64,000 nucleotides of DNA from the NCBI GenBank assembly GCA_964057225.1, contig OZ059899.1, positions 14,942,001 to 15,006,000 on the forward strand, read 5' to 3'. Under the pieces are notes generated by a model. That model searched no databases and was not told the DNA's origin. It was given only the letters and a program-made list of their open reading frames with translations. Shown here in pieces: positions 43,877 to 56,112 of the stretch. How positions within the stretch are numbered: position 1 is the first letter of the stretch; each line of letters opens with the position of its first letter. This DNA is from Auanema rhodensis. Lineage: Eukaryota; Animalia; Nematoda. The position numbers were made by a program, and so were the translations under genes.

Positions 43877-44526
43877 AATGTTTATAAATATGAATAATAA
43901 ATATTGTTTTATTGAAAAATTGTATCCTAAACATGTGCTTGAATTTCGGATGAACACGTGCAAATAGAACATTAGAAATCAGAAATGCTGCAGTTATCGG
44001 TAACGATACCTGGGTAGTTTTGTTCGAATCTTTCGCGCTCTCTATCTCTCACACACTGTCTCATCATCTCTCTCTCTCTCTCGCCTGTTTAGGTTACAGA
44101 ACTGTTTTTCTTTTTAAGCATTTAAGTATGAGAAAGAAGACATGATGATAGTTCTGATAATATCTGAATGATGTAGGATAAGTATAGTTGCTGTATGCTG
44201 AAGTTCTTGGCTGATGTCTTCACAGTCTTCTTCGTCGTTGGAATCGTTCTCTTTTTCCCTGACACAACAAGGGCAGGCGTTGATGATGCACAACAGGTTT
44301 ATATTCCTCTTTCTCGTATCTCTACCTTTTAGAATTATCTTTTCTCTGGGTAGTTTGACATCTAGATGATTACTGTTTTCTTTCTTTTTCTTTCTTACTG
44401 TCGTCACATCTACATTTCTTCTGATAATCATCTGTTTCTCTGCTGTTCTGCACTCTCTGCATCATCACCATTGCGAGTAGACCGACAGACATCTTAAGCC
44501 ATTACTGTGCATCAATGGGGTAACCC

Positions 44527-44533
44527 TATATAA
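44527..44533 (+). promoter_or_regulatory. TATA box upstream of the small 2-TM gene
   Basis: cTATATAAgg about 240 bp before the acceptor at 44769. Confidence 0.5.
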
Positions 44534-44774
44534 GGCTTCTCAACAGAACAGTCTGCATGCACTTAGCCATCTCTGAATTCCATTTTTGCAAATAAAAAAG
44601 GGTTTCAGAGATCCGCACGTGTATGTGTGTGAGTACTTTTCACCCACCCAGATTACAAAGACCATTTCGGCAATTTTGTTCTATATTTTTGTGTATATAT
44701 TTTAGCTTTTTATCTTTGTTTTGTTTATGACGCTAGGATTTTCAATTTACTCATATTTGTGTTTTGCAGATAAG

Positions 44775-45191
44775 ATGACTATCCCAACTACTAATGTCTT
44801 CAACCTACCAGCTAAGCCTGCTTCTAATGCTGGTTCTGCTGACAGCATCGAATTCACCTCTTCTGCATATTCCTTATCTGGAAAAGCTGTTCGTCGGCTT
44901 ACCTATGCTATCTACATTATTCTGATGATTGCTTCTGGAAGTCTTCTTTACATGTGTCCAAGCCAAACAACACTTTTGGTCTTCCTCGCTCTGCATGCTA
45001 TGATGATTCTCTCTCTATACTTCCTCATCCGACTTGTCATTGCTTCCCAGAACGCGGATATTGTCTTTTCCTGGTCCGGACCACGTTGGGAATCGCAAGA
45101 AAATATTCAGCCTCCACTCGGTTTCAACAGCAAGTCAAGAAACAGCAATGGGACTATCGGACGCGATTACATGAACTATGCCTTCATCTAA
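44775..45191 (+). CDS. Small single-coding-exon protein (138 aa) with two predicted TM helices, function unknown
   Basis: ttttgcag acceptor 5 nt before the ATG; coding-like composition; hydrophobic LTYAIYIILMIASGSLLYMC and TLLVFLALHAMMILSLYFLIRLVIA; ends DYMNYAFI. Confidence 0.75.
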   Translation: MTIPTTNVFNLPAKPASNAGSADSIEFTSSAYSLSGKAVRRLTYAIYIILMIASGSLLYMCPSQTTLLVFLALHAMMILSLYFLIRLVIASQNADIVFSWSGPRWESQENIQPPLGFNSKSRNSNGTIGRDYMNYAFI

Positions 45192-48100
45192 GTCTACGTA
45201 GCTGTAGTGACGTCGTCCAGCCCTCTGCCGAAACTGAGTAAGCAGCTGATCTCGAATGCTTACCGATCTCCGCCATATACCATGACATGCAATATATATA
45301 TATATATATAAATCTATAAAGATAGCTATTTTAAAGTAATTCAATGCTGTTTATATGATAATATAAATATTTCGAACTAATTATATGTATACCGTATACA
45401 AATAAGTATAAATGCATAGATTCTAGTTCTGATAATATGTTCTTAGTAGTGTAATAGATAGATCCTTTACCAATAGAATATACTTCTTAGTTTGCACTAC
45501 ATTTAAAGCACTTTAGCTACGTACGTACATGTATGTATGCCCATAATGATATATCATATTCGTCTATAACTATATATGTATAGTATATACTACTATATAC
45601 ATATTATGTAATAGTTTATTAATTAATATGACATTTATTATTATTCTAATCATATCAAGTATGTATTACTTGATTTAGCATATAAGATAACATATACGTG
45701 AGAAAATCACGTATGCTAATATCTTATATCAGCTCACGTGTCACGCAAGCCAATGTTGCAAAACGTTCATTTTCATAGCATGCACACAGGGCATAACGGT
45801 TGTTCGACGGTGATATTATCATTCTTTTTCTATTTTTTTGTCGCATATCGCCTTTAAAAGTTCGTCGTTGTTCTGATGAAGTCAGTAGTAGACATCATCA
45901 CAATAGACAATACATTGATAACATCTTCCTTGATGAACTGGCATCGTAGTTGAAACATTTCAATATACTTTGCTATAATGCTATAAGTACGCTGTTTACA
46001 AAAATTATATTTCTTATCATTACAGTAATAATAGTTTTATACTTGAGGAAAACAAGAAACTGTATAAGAAATATTTTTTAAATTAGAAAATGTTTTTTAA
46101 AAAAAGAAAAATTGAAAGTATTTGATGCCATATTTCGTGCATCTTTTTTTCTATATTTTTAATGGTAATCTAATGAAAAGTTAAAAAAAAGTATGTTATC
46201 TAGATGAATGAGTGAATTGAAGAAATGAATATGTACTTGACATCACTACTAATTAATTTTATTCTTTTTAAGACAAAAAAAATGTTGTCTCACTGTTCAG
46301 GTCCGGACACATTCACACGCATACACCAATTGATTAAGCGAAATTCGTTAATTATAGTTCAAACCGCTTAACAGTTTTTCAGAATTCTGACATGGTATAG
46401 AGAGGGTCAAGTTCTCATACAATCATCAATCAGCATTCAAAGTATGACTACTACTTCTGATGATGACCAGAAACACGATGAACGCGAGGTGTCTCTGACT
46501 TCACTTCAGATGTCCTGGACAGCCAATCAGGTCGTGCTTGTTGTCTCATCATCGATGCGAAAGACCAACAGTGGTCTGAATACTATCAATAGAACTAATA
46601 TACTTTTTAGTTTATTTTGTTCTCCAAAAAGAAAGTTTATTTATCTAAAAATAGAAGTTCTTTTTTTTTTCTTTTTTCATAATAGCTGTTACAAAATTGG
46701 CCGAAGTAAGAGTTTTATCATAACAATCTAACAGAAGTTTACAAAAAAAAACTAAAACTTGATCATAGATATGTATCAGTTTCATATTATATGAAAGCTT
46801 TATCTTCTTTTCGAATTCATTTTTCCTGGAAGAAAATTTGCAAAAAGTGTCAAATTTGCGCAACTTGCATCAGTCTTCGTTTATGGAAATAGTCGGGTTG
46901 ACCTTGGTTCAGGGAACTATAAAAGTACTGAAATAGAAAATCAGCTGATATTAAAGTTCAACAAAACAACTGATCATCTGGAAAGGACGAACTTTTCTTC
47001 AATTGGATACATATAGTATCTTATACACTTTTTATATTTTTCAGATCAGATTTAATTACTTGGAAAAGTGATTGAGGATGTTCAATTCCCTTCATTCACG
47101 TGTATTACAAATTAAAAAGGAAAACTCTCTTCTCTACATGAACTATGCTCTCAATCAATAGATCTGTGATGAAAAAATATTTGAAAAAATCTTTTTTTCC
47201 TATCAAAATGAAAAATTATTCATTCTAATCTGATTATGAATGGAAAACATTTTCTCGAATGCTTTTGAAGCAATTAAAGCTATTCTGGCTCTCATTCTAG
47301 CTCTGCTCGTCTGAATTGACTGCAATTTATCTTTCTTAAAACTTGGATTGCAAGGACTATAATTCTTCAGGATTGCTCATGACAAGTCGTCCAAGCTTAT
47401 GACTATATGCTTTTTCTCAAATATTTCTGAGAATAGAGATAAAGTCGTCAACATTTTCACTTCTTTTTATTATTATTAACTTTTCTTCTCAGCCTTTTAA
47501 TGCCTTTTTTAGGTTTCGTTTTCAGCTCACCGACTCTATTATGTATGTTTGTTCTCACGAAGAGCACATATCTCACTTTCTCTTTCTCTCTCTATATCTA
47601 TCTATCTCTCTCTCTCTTCAAAAACTTCTTTGAATCAACTTACAACTTACAACTAAAGTTGGTTATTAGCTTTTTTAAAACTTACAAAAATTTTACAAAT
47701 CATGTCTTTATTGGAGTAAACCGTTATAGTATATGCAAGTTATATAGAAGTTAACTTGAGCAAGTATTCATATATAGTACTCCTTAAACGAAAAAAAATT
47801 GAAATTTGAGTAAATTTAGAAAGAGAAAATAGAAAAAATACTTCGAAGTCATGATGAATGCAAACGTTTCTCACACATCAAAACCATAAAAAAGTTATTT
47901 TTCGAATATCATCATACACTCACGTAATAGTTAGCATATCGATTACGTGAAAGTTCACGTGATTCACATAAGCTAACATTTATTGAAAATTGGAAAATAA
48001 ATTGAATTACCTGATTATAGATTTTTCAAAAAAAAAAAAAAGAAGGAAATTCCAAAAAATTTCCAAGGACTGCACATGCTATAGCTTCAAAAGAGCTATA

Positions 48101-50230
48101 TGAAGCTTCAATATTAAAAGAAAAATATTATTTAAGCCAGTTAAAACAAGCTACAACTCAATGAGTATACAACATACTTTTTTGATTTTTTTTCCAATTT
48201 TTCTGTTCATTCACTAACTATCATCCATTAACTTTTTTAAATTTGTGATCTTAGCTACATGTATGTATGTATCTATGCTCTCATAGCAACGTTATACCCT
48301 ATAAGTATTATAATAATAATAATATATATAGTAAAAACATTTAAAAATCCTGTTGTCTTGACAAGCTCATTTCAATTGATTCATCATCATTGTCAGAATT
48401 TTTTTGAGCAAAAAAAAATGAAAGAAAAGAAGTTTATTTCCCTTTCTTTATTATTATTTGAAATAAATTTTTATGTACTTTATTCATATTAGAATTAACA
48501 TTTTTCTCTTTTTTTTTCTTTGTTTTCATTCATATAATTAAATAATATTTATATATGTACATGCAAATAAACATTATAATATTATATTTTACTACAATAT
48601 TTGAAAATTTTTGAATTTCTGTCATATATTCAGCTTTTTTTAAGAAAAAAAAATTCAATAACGAGTCAATACAGGAAATTAAAATCTTTTTTTTATCTTT
48701 TCAAGAAAGTCTTTGTTATATTTTATTTTTGAAATTTTTGAAATGTTTAAACATGAAACATAAAAATGAATAAAGGAATGTATGAACTAATAAACTTTTC
48801 ATTCTTTTCATATTATTTTTGTGACAAAAATATGAAAAAAAAATTCATTAGGATGCTTGTGACGGAGCATTTTTTTTTGAAGAAAAGTGAAGAAAGACAG
48901 ATGGAGGAAGTGAAAAAGATGTCTATAGATGTCGAGGTTATTGAAAAGTCATCTCCAAGGTATCTGAAACAAAAATAGAAATAAATAACGAATTCCAAGA
49001 ACAAAATAGATAAAGATGAGAGGGAAGACATACACCCACAACGAGATATTATTTATAATTTGTTCTTTTGTTTTTAGTTCTATCGCTTTCTCTCTATGTG
49101 TGTCGTCTCACAACCAGCCTCCCCCCCCCCACCACCCCTCCTCCCTCTATATCTCTAGATATGCTGTAATAGCTTCACCAACTTGGGTTAAGGGGGAAAA
49201 AGAAGCCTGACTGACATCTAATCTTCTTCTTCGTTCGCTACCATTTCGACTCACACATGCGTACATTGAAAGAGAAAAAGAAAGAGCTCAGCTCCTAATT
49301 AACTTCTTCCAGACGTCCTTTTCTTGCTTTCTATTCGTTTTTCCCCCTTTGTGTCGTTTTTTGCGTTTTCCTTAATATACTTCAGGATTCTCATTCCCAT
49401 TTCCTTTCAACTTATCTTTCTTATTTTGCTTCATTTCTTCTGAGTGATCTCACCTAACCGCATTTTTTTTCTAAGATTTTCCTACTAGCCTCTCTCACTA
49501 CTCGTAGTAGTTATGAACCAACATCTTGGAATTTCAGCTATTTTCATTGAAATTTAATTGAAATTTCGCGTTATACTAGCTATTTCAAAAATTTTAAATC
49601 CATTTATACCTCATGAAAGCTCCACCTCTATGAATCCTATAAATACAGTGAGGCAGTAGCTTGTGGAAGCTTGAACGAACAACGACTGACAGCTTTTCTT
49701 AATGTTATTGCCAGTAACTGGCAAACCTTGCTTCGGTCCTTAGTTCTAATGCTCAGATTCACGACAGAACACGACAGCAGAACATCAGTTTGAAGCCAAA
49801 CATGATGATTCTAGGTGTCCATTTCAAGACTGACGTCACATAATCATTTCTTCAATTTGAGCTTAAAGCTCTTTCTCTCTCTCTCTGTCTTTCTGGCCAT
49901 CTTTTCTTGTTTTCATCTCAACCAATGACTTTTCTCCGAAAAAAGAGTGAAAAGTCGACAAAAAGAAAAACTTTTTTTTCGCAGTCTTATTACATTCAGC
50001 ATAAATCTTTTCTCCTTCCACTTCAACCCATCCGGCTGTTGAGTGAGAGTCGATTGAAATATTCATGTGTGTGTGTATGTGTATCGGCTCGCAACAAGCT
50101 CCGTGTAAACTGAACACACTATGAAATTCGGTGAATCTTCAGGATTTAAGATAAAACGACAACTTCTTTCATTTTTTGCTTCGCTCTCCACGTATGCTTT
50201 TCTTTTTTTCCAACAAAAGGTGCCCTGTAA

Positions 50231-50272
<42 letters not shown>

Positions 50273-50510
50273 GTTAGGGGACAGGGAGTGAGATGGATGA
50301 GAAAAATACTTTTGGTCTCTTCGTATTCACCATATCGAACTTCCACATAGTATATCTGTATATAAGGATATATGTATGTGTGTTGGAGCAAAATATGAGA
50401 GAATAGATAACTCTGTGGTTACTCATATCAACAGAACTCCTTGTTACCCTTAATTCCCAATGGTAAATTTTTCAAAGGATCATCTTAGAGACCTTCTTCA
50501 GAATTTTCAT

Positions 50511-50513
<3 letters not shown>

Positions 50514-50596
<83 letters not shown>
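50514..50596 (+). repeat. (CT)n microsatellite, representative of tracts in 47-62 kb
   Basis: Perfect CT run; others near 50837, 51095, 56082, 59994, 61924; GA-oriented near 50235, 52518, 53161. Confidence 0.98.
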
Positions 50597-50601
<5 letters not shown>

Positions 50602-50833
50602 GTATCTTTCTCTCGTCTACCATTTCATATGAAAATGTCATGAAGAAATGACTTTAAAACAAGGAAATTGTGAAGATGAAGAAGCCAAGAATAATTCCAA
50701 TTTCCTTTGCTTTTATGAAAAAAAAAGTTTTTATTCAAATAAGGATATGTTTCGTCGTTTTTAAACTTTCATCATGCTCATAGGTGTAATTTAACCCAAT
50801 ACGTCAGGTAGATAGAACATGACGAAGATAAAT

Positions 50834-50876
<43 letters not shown>

Positions 50877-51090
50877 CTCTCACTCTCTCTCTCTCTCTTT
50901 CATACACATACATACACACCCTGAGTTATCACCGATTTCACTTGAACATCCAACGAACATCATAATATGGCTGAAAGTTATAAGAAATCACTGATGAGTC
51001 TTCAAAGAAAGCTAATAATTTCGAAGATGACATCAACATGTAGCTTCCTCTCTCGAATTTACTTCCTTCAATTGTTCATATAACACTTTC

Positions 51091-51152
<62 letters not shown>

Positions 51153-52513
51153 ATCTATCTTTCTCTCTCTCTCTATCTTTATTTCTCTATCACCCTGTTC
51201 ATCTCTCTTTCAGTAGCTCTCTCACTCTTTTTTTAGCTCAAACAAAAAAAAATTTTGGAGAATAAATTAAGTTTTCTTCATTTTAGAACGTATGTGAGTT
51301 TTCCAACTTTTTTTTAAGTTTCAAAGCAACATCTCTATATGATCAAAGCAACAATTTGCGTCTTTTTTTCTTTTGAAATTGGAGCTTATCGTTCCCATAA
51401 TAGGATTGAATATCTTCCCATCAGCTGCTCTCTGAGATCCATTGCTCTACCACTCCTCACTTTCACTTTTTCGAATTTTCATCTCCTCACTTTGCTCTTC
51501 TCATTTAGTAATCATCCTCGGATGAATTTGTTCAAATCATTGCCTTCCAGCTTCTTATTCTCAGCCTCTTCAGCCTCATAAGAATTGTTTTCAACTTCCT
51601 AATCGAGTAACAAAGCTAGAAGAGCAAAAACTTCAGATTGGGAATTAAAAACGAACGTTCTAGCTATTTGTTTTTTCCGGTAAACAAATTTTTTATGAAA
51701 AATCTGAGAGAAACAGTCGAATTTGCTATTAAAATATTTTATTCTTCTTATTATTCTTGAAGAAAATTCCAACTTTCTCAAAACCTTGAAATAATCTTTC
51801 CAGTTTGATTCCATCTGCTAATTTTTTGGGATTCCCCAGAAAATGCCCTATCATAACATCCTCATATGAGAAAAATTTCAGAAAGCAAAAGCAAAAGATA
51901 GGCACTTCAACGACTTTTTATGTTTTCAAAGCTGAAAAAGCTTGAATCTTTAGACTGGAGCTGGTTGAAGAAGCTCACGTCAAATCAGGCAAATCTTACA
52001 CTATCCCCAGGGAGATCATTCCAACTTCACAGGATTTTCTCTTGACTTTTCATATCTTTCTTTTTCTTTTGTTCTTTTATTCTTCTTCGTCTTCTTCATA
52101 TTCATTCAGCTTTTTGTCTTGTTTCAATAAGCCTATCACTACTGTTGTTTCAGATTCATCTAGCTACCCACATGCACAATTCTTTTTTGGCTTTTCAATT
52201 GAAATTTTCACAAAATTCTTTTTGCTATATTTGAAGAAAATATATTTTCGATATTTAAAGTTCGTAGTCTTTGATTGTATTTGGCTTAATCGTCTCTCAT
52301 TTTCCAATTGTTGAAGTCCAAATAAGCTGGCAATACCTAAGAAAGTGAAAAATTGAGATTGAGAAAACCATTTGATTTGATTTTATGGCATGAACTCTTA
52401 CTTTAAAGCTCAAAGAATGAAATAACTATAAGCTGTTCTTGACTGATGATCATATACGAACTTTCATCGAGAAAACGAGAGATAAAGGGAAAAACGATTG
52501 CTTAGAGTGAAAG

Positions 52514-52589
<76 letters not shown>

Positions 52590-53175
52590 TGCTGAAAGAA
52601 CATGATATATCCTAAAGTCAGTGAGAGTATACTAAAAATGAAAATCAAGGGAAAAGAAGAAATTGGAAGAGAGGAAGAGCGAATATAGACAGTGGGAGAG
52701 AGAGAGATTGAGTAGGAGTGAGGGAAGACCCAATTGAATTGACTAAAGCTCGTAGAACTCTTACTCTCTAATATTTCTTTGAAGATGAATCGTCTTCGCA
52801 CCCCCCTTCCCCAATCCGAATTCTTAATAGTAAAGTGCAGATTCGATGATTTTTTTTAAATTTTCAAATTACAACTTGTTTTCTTTTGAATTTCAATATA
52901 GTTTTATATTTAAATATTTTGTTCTGCAAATTGCCATTATTTTCTATTGTAATACATCATCAGCATAATATCATCATAACGATGATATTTTCAATTTATA
53001 AGTGTGTAGTAGTTGAGATTTAGTAAAATACACAATATTATTTCATTTTCAATTATTTAAAAAAAAAAAAGTTTTTTTTTTGGTGTTAAAAATATTTTTA
53101 AAAAATTGAAATAATCAAACGAATACAGTATTATTTCTTCTTCTAGTTACAAAGAGTTCCGAGAAAGAGAGAGAA

Positions 53176-53225
<50 letters not shown>

Positions 53226-56076
53226 TAAGTGTAATGAGATGAAGAAACCTTGTATTTGGTAATTAAGATGTTATGATTCTCCCTCCGTATTTTGAACTCA
53301 TAACTTCTAAAGATTATCTATTATATATCTATATAGATGTCCCATGATCTATATTAACTATATAAAATTGAAAATATAAATAAAGTTAATTTCAAATATT
53401 CATAATAGTAAAGCTAAATGCTTAATTCGGTTAATTTTATGTGAATGTTGCCTTCTAATTACATATAAATATAATATTTTAAGATGTTTATGATCTTCTA
53501 CCATTTAAATGATCATCAAAATCTTTATATGAAATATAAAATTATTATTTGTAAACGACGAAAATCATTAAACTATGCTCGAACTGCCATCCTAATGCTA
53601 TTGCACATCTCTTTAGCATATGATGTTCACGCAATCTTCACGTGAAACGCCAATAACTTTTCATTTCAATTCTTTGCAAACGTAATAAGCGGTTGAAATT
53701 TTATTTTACTTCAATACAAACGAAGTCCAATAGCAAGATTGGCTAAAGAAATAGATAAAGCTAATTCTTTTTTCCATTAAATTATCTTTTTGAAATCTTT
53801 ATGTGGCAGATGGCATAGGTTTGAATTAGTGCAATTAACATAATTGATATGCTATATGTATATATATAATCATTAGAAATCAAGCAACTTTTTAGAAAAA
53901 ACTAACTGTAAAACAAACCTCTCAGCGGATTAATATCTTTGAATGGTTTTTGAAACATACAAAGATGTTTGAACAGTATTAAGCAACATCTAGCTTAAAT
54001 CTCATACAGTTTCAACAAAAAATGAGCAAAAATTATGAAATATTTGTGAAAATTTTTATATTTTGTTATCAAAATATATAAAAAAATACACTGATAATTT
54101 GAACACGAGATGAGAAGATCATGCAATATGAAATAAATAAAAAAATTTTATTTTTCCAAAAAAAAAAAAAAAAAAACAAAAAAAAAACAAAATTTTGATG
54201 TGAGATTGCTATCCATTTTTACTATTGTATTCAATACTTTTTCAAATTATACCCATGAAAATGATCGGTAATCGTACATTATAATTACAATAATAATTTA
54301 ATCTTTGATTATACAACGATAACAATCTTGAATATGATATTTTTGATTTTAAAGCTTATATACTATGTGTATGTATCATCATATAGATATAGAAATATAA
54401 AGATATAAACACATTATATACATGTATACCAACTTTGAAAAGTGTCGTCATGACTGATGTCAACCGACGTCGTCGTTACCTATCATGCGTTGTCGTCGTC
54501 GTCGTCGTCGTAGTCGTCGTCGATGTAGCATTCTCATTCTCATCATCATCATACATACATTATAGATATACGAACTATGAAATTTTTGAAGCTGTCAGAG
54601 TAATATCTCCAGTTTCTCCTTAGTATTTCAAATTTCTATTTTCACATATCCACACAACATACACATTTACATCTCACATCTTCAATACACATTCAAGATG
54701 TATCTCTCACACTGTCTCTCATTCTTTCTCTCTTTCTCTCACTATCTCTCTGTTTTTTCCTGTATTTTACTGTATCTAGCTGTGTGCATCAGTTTACAAA
54801 ATGCAAACTATTCTTTTGTATCATAATTTTGTATATATTTACGTGTATTATTAGTCGTTTTGCTACCTTGTTTCATGGAATTTGGTTCAGATTGTTTATT
54901 TCATTTTTTCAAATTATACCATTGAATTTAATTTTTTTTTGTGATTTCTAAAAAATATTTTATTTTCACATACAATTTCCTGATTGCTGGCGAGTATATA
55001 AGGTTGCTTAACTCGTACTGATTGCTTCAATGTGATCATGCTGCTCCAGCAGCTAGCTAGCTAGCTTGCAAGTTGCCAGCCCGTGTAGCTTCTCTCTTAA
55101 GCTACTTCAGCCGATCAGCTTGAATTGTTTCATGGCTGGCATCTCAACATGCTCACTCTCGGCGCCTATCTCACTAAGCTTCGAGCTTTGTCTCCTTTTC
55201 GTCGTGGTGGTCGTTCATGTTTTTGCAGCTTTCGGATCGCAAGGAGAAGAGCTGTGCTTTCTGTCCAATAGATCGGAAACTTTTAAAAGTTTTTAGAATT
55301 ACTTTTCAGCTTTTTTAATCATTTTTTCCTCAATTTTCATTCCTTTCAAATGAAACAACTGATAAGAATACTTCATCATTTTAACTGAATATAGCCTCTC
55401 TTTCAGATATTACTTCTCTCTTGTAATACCAAATACCAAAACTTAATAGGTTTCATCTCATTTATATAGTTTAATAAGATACTGCCTCATTTACTACTTT
55501 AAGGCTGTACCCACCAACATACTCGTGATAACAGGCAGCATCATAGAAAACTTTTCGATTGTTCTTCTGCCGATATACAGCTGATATCAGCTTTCCTGTT
55601 TATTCACGAAAAATATGTTATTTTTCCCATCTGTACGTTATCGTTGTCTTTCCTCTTTTTATTTTTTTTTCAAACAACTTACAGATGAGGGTTATTAATC
55701 CCAGCACAGTGTAGATTATCTTTTTTTTCTTCTTTTTCTGTACATCTTCTTCTTTTTTTTTATAAAAAAACGTGGTTTACTCGTTTAAAAAAAAGAAAAA
55801 AAGAAGCAAACTATCAGATAATTGTCTATTTTTGTTTTTTTTTGTCATTTTTTTTGTTTAAAAAAACATAAGCAAATCAAAAATATACAAATAATATGAA
55901 TTGACGATAGTTTTGCTCCAAATTTCACTTCTACCTTTCAAGCTTGCAAGATGAAAATTGTCGTTAATTGTTCAAATCGGGTTGTATATGCTTTGTTATT
56001 CAGAAATCCTGATAATGAGAATACAAATCTCAAGAACCACTAACAGAGCTTTTCCTTCCAAGCAACTAGGCGGTTA

Positions 56077-56112
<36 letters not shown>

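Noticed and set aside
44022-44031. GTTCGAATC B-box/T-loop-like motif (also at about 3425)
   Set aside because: No cloverleaf or A-box; not a tRNA.
46444-46731. 95-aa ORF starting in a GC-richer patch
   Set aside because: No recognisable domain or acceptor; runs into poly-T low-complexity sequence.
49649-49670. let-7 look-alike TGAGGCAGTAGCTTGTGGAAGC
   Set aside because: Mismatch within the seed, divergent 3' half, and no good pre-miRNA hairpin with it on the 5' arm.
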